From positions 423,856 to 487,855 of the forward strand of contig CBDCMV010000003.1 in NCBI GenBank assembly GCA_965219135.1: a stretch of 64,000 nucleotides of DNA. The letters run 5' to 3'. The stretch comes from Alphaproteobacteria bacterium. Its GTDB lineage: Bacteria; Pseudomonadota; Alphaproteobacteria; VGEJ01. A program made the translations under genes and the position numbers. The notes under the pieces are model-generated. The model searched no databases. It was not told where the DNA came from and worked only from the letters and a program-made list of their open reading frames with translations. Shown in pieces: positions 36,370-45,310 of this stretch. Each line of letters opens with the position of its first letter. Position 1 is the stretch's first letter.

Positions 36370-37542
36370 ATGAAGATTACCGAGATCGAGTGTATCGTCC
36401 TCGTCATCCCCGACTATCGGACCGACGCCAATTCCTCAGCCCAAGACGACCTGGTGGTGAAGATCCACACCAACGAGGGGATGTTCGGGATCGGCGAGAC
36501 CGACACCAACCCGTGGGTCGCCAAGGCCATGATCGAGGCCCAGGGCACGCACCAGATCGGCCAGGGGCTGACCGAGATGCTGATCGGCGAGGATCCCCGC
36601 GATGTCGAGCGGATTTGGGAGAAGCTTTACGCCGGGTCATTGATGACCGGGCGGCGGGGCTTGGGCATCTGCGCCATCGGGGCGATCGACATGGCGTTAT
36701 GGGACCTGCGCGGCAAGATCGAGAACCAGCCCTGTTGGCGCCTGTTGGGCGGTGCCGCGCACAAGCGGATCACGCCTTACGCTTCGCTGCTGCCCGAGGG
36801 CGAGAATATCCCGGAGTACACCCAAAGCCTGGTCGAGCGCACCGTCGCCGCCCGTGATCTCGGTTTCAAAGCGGCCAAATTGGAAGTGCTGATCAAGGGA
36901 CCGTTCACCCATCACTCGATCAGCGTGGATGACGACGACGAGATCGTGCGCATCGTCGAAGCCTGCCGCAAGGCGGTCGGCCCTGATATGACGCTGATGC
37001 TCGACGTGCTCTATTGCTGGGGCGACTGGAAGAGCGCCCTCAACGTCTTCGCCAAGCTCGAGGAGAGCAATATCTACTTCGTCGAAACCCCGCTGCGGGT
37101 CGACGACTATGAGGGCTACACCAAGCTCACCGCGGCCTCGCCGATCCGGGTGGCGGCGGGCGAGTTGTTGAACAGCCGCTTTGAATTCCGCGAGCTGATG
37201 GATCGCGACGCGCTCGATGTGGTGCAGCCCGACGTGGGGCGCGTCGGCGGGCTGACCGAGGCGCGGAGGGTTGCGGTGGAGGCGCGCGACCGGGGACTGA
37301 CGGTGGTGCCGCACTGCTGGAAGACCGCCATCGGCATCGCCGCCTCGATGCACCTGGCCGCGGTTTCGCAGGCCTGCGAATACATCGAGTTCCTACCCCG
37401 CGAACTTTGCGACACGCGGCTCCGCACCGATCTCGTGCTCGAAGAGTATCCGGTGGTGGACGGCACCATGGCGCTTCCCGACCGGCCCGGGTTGGGCGTC
37501 ACGCTTAACGACAAGGCGATCGAAGAGTTCCGCGTCGCATGA
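36370..37542 (+). CDS. enolase-superfamily (mandelate racemase/muconate lactonizing enzyme family) protein
   Basis: ATG at 36370 (MKITEIECIVL..). The first ~330 aa of the track ORF 35383..37542 are SDR antisense. Paralog of 40075..41244. Confidence 0.88.
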   Translation: MKITEIECIVLVIPDYRTDANSSAQDDLVVKIHTNEGMFGIGETDTNPWVAKAMIEAQGTHQIGQGLTEMLIGEDPRDVERIWEKLYAGSLMTGRRGLGICAIGAIDMALWDLRGKIENQPCWRLLGGAAHKRITPYASLLPEGENIPEYTQSLVERTVAARDLGFKAAKLEVLIKGPFTHHSISVDDDDEIVRIVEACRKAVGPDMTLMLDVLYCWGDWKSALNVFAKLEESNIYFVETPLRVDDYEGYTKLTAASPIRVAAGELLNSRFEFRELMDRDALDVVQPDVGRVGGLTEARRVAVEARDRGLTVVPHCWKTAIGIAASMHLAAVSQACEYIEFLPRELCDTRLRTDLVLEEYPVVDGTMALPDRPGLGVTLNDKAIEEFRVA

Positions 37543-38414
37543 CCCCGCGCCCGATCTTCGAGGCCCGCGCGCGGGTCGGCGAGGGCCCGCTTTGGGTGCC
37601 CGATGAGCGCCGGCTCTACTGGCTCGACCACCTGGAGCCGGCTGTCCATCGGCTCGATCCCGAACGCGGCGAGGACCAGGTGCTCCCGCTCGGGCTCAGC
37701 GTCCAGACCGGTGGGCTGGTCCGGCGCGCACAGGGCGGCTTCGTTGTCGCCAAGCTCGACGGGCTGTTCTTTCTCGACGCCGCGGGGACGACGCTGTCGC
37801 CCTTCGCCGACCCCAAGGCGGGGCGCGAGGACACCTGCTACAACGACGGTAAGGTGGACCACCAGGGGCGACTTTGGATTGGCACCGTGCACGTGCCCGA
37901 GACCGACCCCGAGGGCAGCTTCTACCGCGTTGGTGCCGACGGCGGCCACGCGGTGATCGAGACCGGCTTCGTGGTTCCCAACGGGCCGGCGTTCAGCCCC
38001 GACGGGCGTACCCTCTACTTCGCCGACACCTTTGCCGGTGAGATCGTCGCTTACGACCTGGACCCGGCCACTGGCGAGGCCGCAAACCGCCGGCCGTTCG
38101 CGCGTGTCGCGGCCGAGGACGGCTGGCCTGATGGAATGACCGTCGATACGGAAGGCTTTGTGTGGAGTGCACACTGGGGCGGGTGGCGGATCACCCGCTA
38201 CGATCCACAAGGAAAGATCGAGCAGGTGGTGAGGTTCCCGGTGCCGCAGGTCTCGAGCTGCTGCTTCGGTGGCGAGGACTTGCGAACGCTATTCGTCACT
38301 ACCGCGACGGAAAGCATGTCGCAAGAGGACCTCGCCAAGGCGCCGCTCTCAGGTTCGCTGTTCGCCCTCGACACATCCGTCCAGGGAATCGCCGAGCCCG
38401 GCTTCGCCGGCTAG
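37539..38414 (+). CDS. SMP-30/gluconolactonase/LRE family protein
   Basis: 291-aa ORF (..GEGPLW.., ..NDGKVD.., ..PNGPAFSPDG..LYFADT.., ..DGMTVD..). Confidence 0.88.
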   Translation: MTPRPIFEARARVGEGPLWVPDERRLYWLDHLEPAVHRLDPERGEDQVLPLGLSVQTGGLVRRAQGGFVVAKLDGLFFLDAAGTTLSPFADPKAGREDTCYNDGKVDHQGRLWIGTVHVPETDPEGSFYRVGADGGHAVIETGFVVPNGPAFSPDGRTLYFADTFAGEIVAYDLDPATGEAANRRPFARVAAEDGWPDGMTVDTEGFVWSAHWGGWRITRYDPQGKIEQVVRFPVPQVSSCCFGGEDLRTLFVTTATESMSQEDLAKAPLSGSLFALDTSVQGIAEPGFAG

Positions 38415-38434
38415 GTTCCGCTTGAACGCCGGGC

Positions 38435-38809
38435 TTAGCTTCGGTGCGAGGTCAGCAGGAAGAATTCTTTGGGGCTCACCCGGCTTGCCGCGCCGGTGGG
38501 GCACGCGCGAACGCAGGCTGCGCCGCCCTCGACGTCCTTGCACATATCGCACTTGACGGCTTTCTTCGCCCCGTTCCCGCCATCCTTGACGCCGGCGGCG
38601 GAGGTCTTGCCGGGACCCGGTCCACGGCCGAAAAGCAGCCACTGCAGCAACCCCGGTTTGCCCGGAGGCTTGGCGGCCATCTGGATGACATCGTAGGGGC
38701 AGTTGCGCTCGCAGTTGCCGCAGCCGATGCACGTATCGGTGATGAAGACCTCGCCGTTCGGGGCGCGCTGCACGGAATTCGACGGGCAGTCGGACATGCA
38801 GTGGGGGTG
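38435..38809 (-). pseudogene. C-terminal 4Fe-4S dicluster fragment of an FAD-oxidoreductase/ferredoxin fusion gene
   Basis: ..CIGCGNCERNCPYD.. and ..CDMCKD..ACVRACPTGA.. Upstream it reads straight into the IS1182 end remnant. Confidence 0.7.
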
Positions 38810-38862
38810 CCCGTCCGCTATCAACTTTGCCGCGCGGACCTTTCTGCAGCGCACGCTCCTAG
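38810..38862 (-). mobile_element. 53-bp solo left-end remnant of the IS1182-family element
   Basis: Reverse complement matches 20075..20127 (CTAGGAGCGTGCGCTGCAGAAAGGTCCGCGCGGCAAAGTTGATAGCGGACGGG). Confidence 0.9.
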
Positions 38863-39090
38863 AACCTCTTCGCGGTGGCCGGCTTCGAACGGGAGGTCGC
38901 TGCGCAGCGGCAGCGCCGCCGGTTGCGCCATGACCAACTTGCCTTTCTGGTACTTTTCAACCGTATCGAACGGGTGCGCCGATCGATCGAGAACGACGTA
39001 GGAAATACCGAGTTCCTTGGCGCGGGCGCCAGCGCTCAAACCACCCGGACCCGCCCCCACGATTGCGATCGTAACGTCGGTGCTTGCCAA
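38863..39090 (-). pseudogene. N-terminal FAD/NAD(P)-binding fragment of the same oxidoreductase gene
   Basis: MASTDVTIAIVGAGPGGLSAGARAKELG.. continues to ..FEAGHREEVL and then enters the IS end. Confidence 0.7.
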
Positions 39091-39281
39091 CCGTGGCCTC
39101 CGCCGGCGTGTTGTCAGCCCACTCGATCAATCGCCGTGAGCCGGTCTGCGCCCCATGCATCGGGGTGGTGCCGCCACCCATCTCGTGGCTCGCATTGTAA
39201 GGCATCGCTCGCCCAGCGTCATTTCAAGACCGGTCACGCCCGCCCGAAACGGCCAACGGCGGATTTTTTCGGCCGCCGCTC

Positions 39282-40073
39282 TCAGAAGGTGGACGAGACG
39301 CCGCCGTCGACGAGGAGGATCTGGCCGGTGACGTAGCCCGAGTCATCGGAGCAAAGGAAGAATGCGGGGCCGGCGATATCCTCGGGCTGGCCGTAGTTGC
39401 CCAAGAGAATGCGCCCGTGTTTCACGTAGATTTCCTCGAACCACTCGGTCTTGAACTCGTGGCTGCCGTCGGGCAGCCGCGCCATCGGCGTGTCGATGAA
39501 ACCGGGCGCGATGGCATTGACGCGGATGCCCTTCGGCGCCAGATCGGCGGCCAGGCACCGGGTCATGTTGACGAGTCCCCCCTTGGCCGTGGAGTAAGGA
39601 AGCGAATCGCGGCTGCCGCGCACCCCCATGATTGAGGCAATGTTGAGGATGCGGGCGCACGGGCTCTCTTGCAGATGCGCGAGCGCCTCGAGGGTGCACA
39701 GATAGGCGCCGTCGAGGTTGACGCTTTGCATCTCTTTGTAGTCCTCCCAGGTCTGTTCGGCGAACGGCGTCATTGGCTCGGGCATCGCCGCGTTGTTGAC
39801 CAGAATGTCGAGCCTTCCCCAACGTTCGATCGTTGCCGCGACCATCGCCCTGACCGCCTCGCGGTCGGCGATATCCACGGTCTGCGCGAACGCCGCGTCC
39901 GCGTGCGCCTGGGCGAGCGCCGAAGCCGATTCTCGGACCAGCTCGGCGCGCTTGTCGGCCAGGCAGACCCGCGCCCCTTCGCTGGCGAAACGCGTGGCGA
40001 TGGCGTCACCGATGCCGCGCGCGGCGCCGGTGACGACGGCGACCCGGTCCTGTAGCCGTGCGCCCTGGCCCAT
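39282..40073 (-). CDS. SDR family oxidoreductase
   Basis: ATG at 40073 (MGQGARLQDRVAVVTGAARGIG..), NNAA, YSTAK. Confidence 0.88.
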   Translation of the reverse strand: MGQGARLQDRVAVVTGAARGIGDAIATRFASEGARVCLADKRAELVRESASALAQAHADAAFAQTVDIADREAVRAMVAATIERWGRLDILVNNAAMPEPMTPFAEQTWEDYKEMQSVNLDGAYLCTLEALAHLQESPCARILNIASIMGVRGSRDSLPYSTAKGGLVNMTRCLAADLAPKGIRVNAIAPGFIDTPMARLPDGSHEFKTEWFEEIYVKHGRILLGNYGQPEDIAGPAFFLCSDDSGYVTGQILLVDGGVSSTF

Positions 40074-40074
40074 C

Positions 40075-41244
40075 TCAGGCGACCTTGAAACGCTGGACGA
40101 CCTCGTCGTTAAGCTCGACGCCAAGGCCGGGTAGCGTGGGTGGGGCGATCGTCCCGTCCGCCAGGGTGAAAGGGTCCGAGGCGAGCTCCTTGCGTAGCGT
40201 CTCTTCGCACAAATCGGGCGGCAGATACTCGATGTAGGCGCAATGCTCGGTGGCAAAGGCGAGATGTGCGGTCGCGGTCACCGAAACCGCGGTCTTCCAG
40301 CAGTGGGGCACGATGGTGCGCCCGCGCTCGCGCGCCATGTCGCACACCCGCATCGCTTCGCCGAGGCCGCCGACGCGGCCCACGTCGGGCTGGGCGACGT
40401 CGATCTTGCCGCGGTCCATTAGCTCGGCGAACTCCCATCGGGTGGACAGCCACTCGCCGGCGGCGATCGGCATCGGCGCCTTGTCGTGAAGGCGCGCGCA
40501 TTCGTCGAGGTGGTCGGTCCAGATCGGGGTCTCCAGAAAGGTCAGGTCGAACTCGCCCCACTCGGAAACCGTCTTCAGCGCGGTGTCGGCGTCCGACCAC
40601 AGATATTGGACATCGACCATCAGCGCGATATCGGGGCCGATCGCTCGACGCACCGCGGCGACGACCTCGGTGTGGCGCTCGAAGGGCTCGTCGAGGCCCG
40701 AGTGGGCGTACGGTCCGTTCATGGTGACCTCGGCCTTGACCGCCTTGAAGCCCGACGCCACCGCCCGCTCGGCCCATTCGCAAAGCGAATCGCGGTAGGC
40801 CTCGAAGCTTTCGCCGGCGGGCTGGAGCGAGGCATAGGGCACGACGCGCGGCTGCGCCGCGCCGCCCAAAAGCTCGAAGATCGGTTTCCCCTCGACCTTG
40901 CCCTTGATGTCCCAGAGCGCGATGTCGACGGCACTGATGGCGTTTATCACGGCGCCGCGGCGGCCATTCATACAGCTGCCGACGTAAATCTCCTGCCACA
41001 GCCGGGCGATTTCGAGCGGATTCTGGCCCACCAGCATGTCCTTGATGCACCGGCCCATGGTGTGAGTTCCCGGCGCTTCGATACAGGCTTTGGCGATCCA
41101 CGGGTTGACGTCGGCCTCGCCGATGCCGAACACATCGTCGTCGGTGCGCACGACAACGATGAAGCTGTCCTGCGCCGAGGAGGTGAACGCGGGATTGAAG
41201 TCCGGCGCCAGCAAGACGTGGCACTCGATGTCGGTAATTTTCAT
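40075..41244 (-). CDS. enolase-superfamily (mandelate racemase/muconate lactonizing enzyme family) protein
   Basis: 389-aa ORF (MKITDIECHVL..). Confidence 0.88.
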   Translation of the reverse strand: MKITDIECHVLLAPDFNPAFTSSAQDSFIVVVRTDDDVFGIGEADVNPWIAKACIEAPGTHTMGRCIKDMLVGQNPLEIARLWQEIYVGSCMNGRRGAVINAISAVDIALWDIKGKVEGKPIFELLGGAAQPRVVPYASLQPAGESFEAYRDSLCEWAERAVASGFKAVKAEVTMNGPYAHSGLDEPFERHTEVVAAVRRAIGPDIALMVDVQYLWSDADTALKTVSEWGEFDLTFLETPIWTDHLDECARLHDKAPMPIAAGEWLSTRWEFAELMDRGKIDVAQPDVGRVGGLGEAMRVCDMARERGRTIVPHCWKTAVSVTATAHLAFATEHCAYIEYLPPDLCEETLRKELASDPFTLADGTIAPPTLPGLGVELNDEVVQRFKVA

Positions 41245-41248
41245 GAAC

Positions 41249-43087
41249 CTACTCGGTGCCCGAGAGCCGCAAGCGCGAGGCGACCGACAGGGTAAGAAGG
41301 CCGGAGACGACGATGATGATGGTCACCAGCGCGTTGATCTCTTCGGAGAAGCCGGTACGTATCATCGCCCATAGCCGAATCGGCAGGGTCGAGGTGTCAC
41401 CGACAAGGAACAGCGTGATCAGCGTCTCGTCGAACGATATGACGAATGCCAGCAGCGCCGCGGTCACCGCCGCGCTTCGCATGTGCGGGAACACGACGTA
41501 GCGGAACGTTTGCATTCCGCTCGCGCCCAGGTCCTTGGAGGCCTCGACGAGCGCCTGACTGAGCGCCTGCATGCGGGTCAGTAAGGTGCGGTACACCAAC
41601 GCCATGACGAACGCGGTATGGCCGATGATTACGGCGATCAGGCCGGTCGAGATACCCACCTCGCGGAAGAAGACCAGCATCGACAGGCCGGTGATGATCG
41701 GCGGCAGCAGAAACGGCATGAAGACGGCGAACTGGAGGATCTCGCGCAGCCGGCTCTTCGCGGTGCTGTAGTAATAAGCGATCGCGGTCCCGGCCACGAG
41801 CGCGGCCAAGCTCGCGAAAAGGGCGACGATCAAAGTCCTGACCAAAGCCCCGAGGATGCGCTTGTTGCCCACCAGCTCGATGTACGAGTTTACCGAGAAG
41901 CTTCCCCAATCGATGACCTGGCGCTTGCTCTCGAAGAACGACAGGATGCCGACCAGGAAGACCGGGGCGTAGAGAACGGCGAACGCGGCCAGCGTGACCA
42001 GGGCGAGCGCCCAGTAGACGAACTGGTCACGAACGATGACCCGCAGCGCCACCGTGATGGCCTGGAGGACGCGGTCCATGCTCCCGACCACCCGCGCCGC
42101 CACATCGGCGGCCACCTCCGTCGCGTTCGACAGCGCCCCGCCGAGGGTGCCTCGCGAGCCCCTGTTCATGCCGGTGTCCTGGATGAGTCGCGTGGCCACG
42201 ACGATGATGGCCAGCGAAACGACCAGAAGGATCATCGCCAAGGTTGCCCCGAACGGCCAGTTGAAGGCCATTCCGAACTGGCTATGAAGAACCCGGCCGT
42301 AGGTCAGGCCGTGGGTGCCGCCAACCATCTGCGGGGTCACGAAGTCGCCCAGCGCCAAGACGTAAGTGAACAGCCCGCCGCCCAAGACCCCCGGCAAGCT
42401 GAGGGGCAGGGTGATGCGCCGGAAGGTCTGCCACCAGCCGCCGCCGAGGTCGGCCGAGGCATCCGACAGGCTACGCGGGATGCGCTCGAGCGAGAGATAG
42501 ATCGGCAGGATCGCGAACGGCAGAAGGATCGCCGAGAGCGTGATCTGGACCGCCGTCAGGTTGAACAGAAACAGCTTCGAAGGCTCGTCGAGGATATCCG
42601 GGACCAGGAGCTTGTTGAGGAATCCGCGGAAGCCGAGGATGCTGCGGATCGCGTAGAGCTTGATGATGTAACTCATGAACATCGGGATGACTGAAATCAT
42701 CAGCAAGGCGTAGCGCCATCGCGGCGGCGAGCGATGGATGAAGTAGGCGACGCAGTAGCCGACCAGCACCGTGAAGGCCATGACCTTGAAGGCGAGCCAG
42801 CTGGTGGCGCCGAACACCGAGGTGTAGATGCGCCGTCCCGAGGAGCTTTCGGCGGTGAAGAGTTTGACGTAGTTCACGAGCGAGGGATCTTTGACGGTCG
42901 TGGTGCCGTCCATGTGCCAGAAGCTCGAGATCAGGAACGCGATCAGCGGGGCGATGACAAAGAACGCGGGCAGCAGGTAGATCAAGCCGACTGCGCCGCC
43001 GCGCAGCCACGGCACGAAGCTGGCGCTTCCCGCGAGGCCCAGAGGATTGGCCAGGTTCGCGCGGGGAAGGGCTACTCTGGATTCCAT
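41249..43087 (-). CDS. fused two-domain ABC permease (PotB-like plus PotC-like in one polypeptide)
   Basis: ORF 41249..43156; probable ATG at 43087 (MESRVALPRANL..). It has two EAA-type loops (SDASADLGGGWWQTFRRITLP and VEASKDLGASGMQTFRYVVFP) joined by a roughly 60-aa linker. Confidence 0.8.
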   Translation of the reverse strand: MESRVALPRANLANPLGLAGSASFVPWLRGGAVGLIYLLPAFFVIAPLIAFLISSFWHMDGTTTVKDPSLVNYVKLFTAESSSGRRIYTSVFGATSWLAFKVMAFTVLVGYCVAYFIHRSPPRWRYALLMISVIPMFMSYIIKLYAIRSILGFRGFLNKLLVPDILDEPSKLFLFNLTAVQITLSAILLPFAILPIYLSLERIPRSLSDASADLGGGWWQTFRRITLPLSLPGVLGGGLFTYVLALGDFVTPQMVGGTHGLTYGRVLHSQFGMAFNWPFGATLAMILLVVSLAIIVVATRLIQDTGMNRGSRGTLGGALSNATEVAADVAARVVGSMDRVLQAITVALRVIVRDQFVYWALALVTLAAFAVLYAPVFLVGILSFFESKRQVIDWGSFSVNSYIELVGNKRILGALVRTLIVALFASLAALVAGTAIAYYYSTAKSRLREILQFAVFMPFLLPPIITGLSMLVFFREVGISTGLIAVIIGHTAFVMALVYRTLLTRMQALSQALVEASKDLGASGMQTFRYVVFPHMRSAAVTAALLAFVISFDETLITLFLVGDTSTLPIRLWAMIRTGFSEEINALVTIIIVVSGLLTLSVASRLRLSGTE

Positions 43088-43125
43088 GATCACCGCACCG
43101 GGCGGCCGAGGGGACGCAAGAGGTA

Positions 43126-43153
43126 GGAGAGGCCGCCTATTGGCGGCCCCTCC
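43126..43153 (-). promoter_or_regulatory. intercistronic stem-loop between the binding-protein and permease genes
   Basis: GGAGAGGCCGCC-TATT-GGCGGCCCCTCC (11 bp plus one mismatch). It lies between the stop at 43178 and the start at 43087. Confidence 0.35.
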
Positions 43154-43177
43154 CAATCGTCGGAACCGCTTGCGCGG

Positions 43178-44215
43178 TTACTGCATCATCTCGGCCTTGA
43201 TCTCGACGTAGACCTCGACCCGCTTCTCGAAATCCTCGGGCGGCAGGAGATAGACTAGCTGATCGGCATAATCGAATCCGGGCGCCGGGATGACGGTGTT
43301 GCCGAATCCGAGCCGCTCGGTCAGCTCGCCCAAGACCCGCTCCTGGACGAAGAAATCGACCCACTTGTGCGCGAGATTGACGTCTTCGACGCCCGAGCTG
43401 ATCACCCAGGTATCGAGCCAGCCGATCGCCCCCTCGTCGGGGATGATGTACTTGACGGGCAGATCGCGGCTAAGCATCTCCAGCTCTTGGTATTCGCCCA
43501 TGGCGTACATCAAGACGATGTCGTTCTGCTCCCACACGTTGACCCCTTCCTCGAGGCCGGCGAAGTAGGTCAAGATGTTGTCCTGGAGCGACAGCATCTT
43601 AGTCTTGACCTGCTCGAACTCAGCGTCCGAGAGGTTGAAGGGGTCGTCCATGCCGAGGATGATCGCCGTGTTGGTGATGTTGTTGTTGGCGTCATCGAGG
43701 ATCGTTACCCGGCCCTTGTACTTGGGGTCCCACATGACCTCCCACGAGGTCGGCGGGTTGTCGCCGAACTCCTCGGTGTCATAGATCATGCCGATCGATC
43801 CCCAGGCGAACGGTACGCCATACGGCTTGCCGTCGAACTGGATCGCCTTGAGCTTGGTGATGTCGAAGGCGGGCAATAGCTTGGCCGAGTTGGGCGCCAA
43901 CGACATGTCGAACTCACGAATCAGACCCGCATCGTTGTAGCGGGGGTAGAGGCTGGTATCAATCATGATGACGTCGTAGTCCTTGCCCTGGGACCCCGAC
44001 TGCTTGGCGAACAATTCGTCCACTGCGCCGATGAAGGTCACGCGGACCTCGGCGTCGTACTGCTCCTCAAACTGCTCGAGCCAGTCGTCGTCGGCGTAGC
44101 CCTCAAAGGTGATGACGCGGACGACCCCCTCCTCCGCCTGGGCGAGCGTCGATAGCCCGACGATTCCAGCCGCCACCAAAGCGGCGCCTGTGAGCATAGA
44201 AACAAACTTTGTCAT
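43178..44215 (-). CDS. spermidine/putrescine-type (PotD-like) ABC substrate-binding protein
   Basis: ORF 43178..44248. SD GGAGGGAGGA upstream of the ATG at 44215 (MTKFVSMLTGAALVAAG..). Confidence 0.88.
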   Translation of the reverse strand: MTKFVSMLTGAALVAAGIVGLSTLAQAEEGVVRVITFEGYADDDWLEQFEEQYDAEVRVTFIGAVDELFAKQSGSQGKDYDVIMIDTSLYPRYNDAGLIREFDMSLAPNSAKLLPAFDITKLKAIQFDGKPYGVPFAWGSIGMIYDTEEFGDNPPTSWEVMWDPKYKGRVTILDDANNNITNTAIILGMDDPFNLSDAEFEQVKTKMLSLQDNILTYFAGLEEGVNVWEQNDIVLMYAMGEYQELEMLSRDLPVKYIIPDEGAIGWLDTWVISSGVEDVNLAHKWVDFFVQERVLGELTERLGFGNTVIPAPGFDYADQLVYLLPPEDFEKRVEVYVEIKAEMMQ

Positions 44216-44322
44216 GATCCTCCCTCCGATCGGGTTGCTTGGGTGCATATTCTCTCAGTGTATACTGACGATCCCTCCATGACCACCATGATTGGACCGA
44301 TCGCCGATGCCAGGAGCGCGAA

Positions 44323-45288
44323 ATGACGATTAGTGATGAAGATGTCCGGCGCTATCTCGATGACGGCTTGCTGATCGTCGAGGACCTGTTCGCCAAGTCC
44401 GAACTCGAGCCGGTGTTGCAGGCCATCGAAGGCATCGTCGACGAGATGACCGAGCGTCTGCACGCCGCCGGGCGGATCACCGACAAGCACGCCGACAAGG
44501 GCCTGTACGAGCGGATGACGGCGCTGGAGAACGATTATCCCGGCGCCGCGCTCCTGGTCCACCTGCGCGGGATCATGGAGCCGGCCATCGCCGACTTGTG
44601 GTCGGGCGAACGCCTGCTCGGCGTCGTCGAGCGCTTGATGGGTCCCGACATTGCCGGCTATCCGGTTTGGAACATCCACCCCAAGACGCCCCACCCCAAG
44701 GTCGCGCTCAATCCCCACACTCAGACCCCGGCCGGGAACTTCATGTCGACGCCCTGGCACCAGGATTCGGCCTTCTACACCGAGGACGGCACGGAAAGAC
44801 TGTTCACGGTCGCGGCGTGGATTCCGCTGTTGGACATCAGGATGGCGAACGGGCCGTTGCAAGTGCTCCGAGGCGGTAATCGCGCCGGCCTGTTGCCCCA
44901 TCACCTTGCCGCGACGCACGGCGACGAGGGTTCGTTCCACCTGTACATCGAGGAAGACGACCTGCCCGAGGGCGAGATCGTCACCTGCGAGGTGAACATG
45001 GGCACGGTGGTTTTTTTCTATCAGATCACGCCCCACCGGGGGCTCGAAAACACCTCCGACAAGGTCAGGTGGACGCTCGATCTCCGCTGGCGCCAGCCCG
45101 GGATTTACCAGGGCCACGAGGACCGTCCTCCGGTCACTATGCGGCGTGGCGACGATCCCGCTTTTCGCCCCGATATGGCGGCCTGGATTGCCGCCGACCG
45201 CGCGCGTTTCGCCGAATACGTCGGGCGGGCCGAGGGCGATGAATTCGACACCACCGTCACCGGCGAGTGGATGGAGCGCTGGAGCTGA
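44323..45288 (+). CDS. phytanoyl-CoA dioxygenase (PhyH) family protein
   Basis: 321-aa ORF with ..WHQDSAFY.. and a downstream His. Confidence 0.85.
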   Translation: MTISDEDVRRYLDDGLLIVEDLFAKSELEPVLQAIEGIVDEMTERLHAAGRITDKHADKGLYERMTALENDYPGAALLVHLRGIMEPAIADLWSGERLLGVVERLMGPDIAGYPVWNIHPKTPHPKVALNPHTQTPAGNFMSTPWHQDSAFYTEDGTERLFTVAAWIPLLDIRMANGPLQVLRGGNRAGLLPHHLAATHGDEGSFHLYIEEDDLPEGEIVTCEVNMGTVVFFYQITPHRGLENTSDKVRWTLDLRWRQPGIYQGHEDRPPVTMRRGDDPAFRPDMAAWIAADRARFAEYVGRAEGDEFDTTVTGEWMERWS

Positions 45289-45310
45289 GCCGTCCATCGG
45301 CGGTCCGCCC

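Noticed and set aside
39256-39279. Hairpin CGGCGG-N10-CCGCCG just past the SDR stop as a terminator
   Set aside because: The stem is only 6 bp, the loop is large, and there is no U-tract on the relevant (minus) strand.
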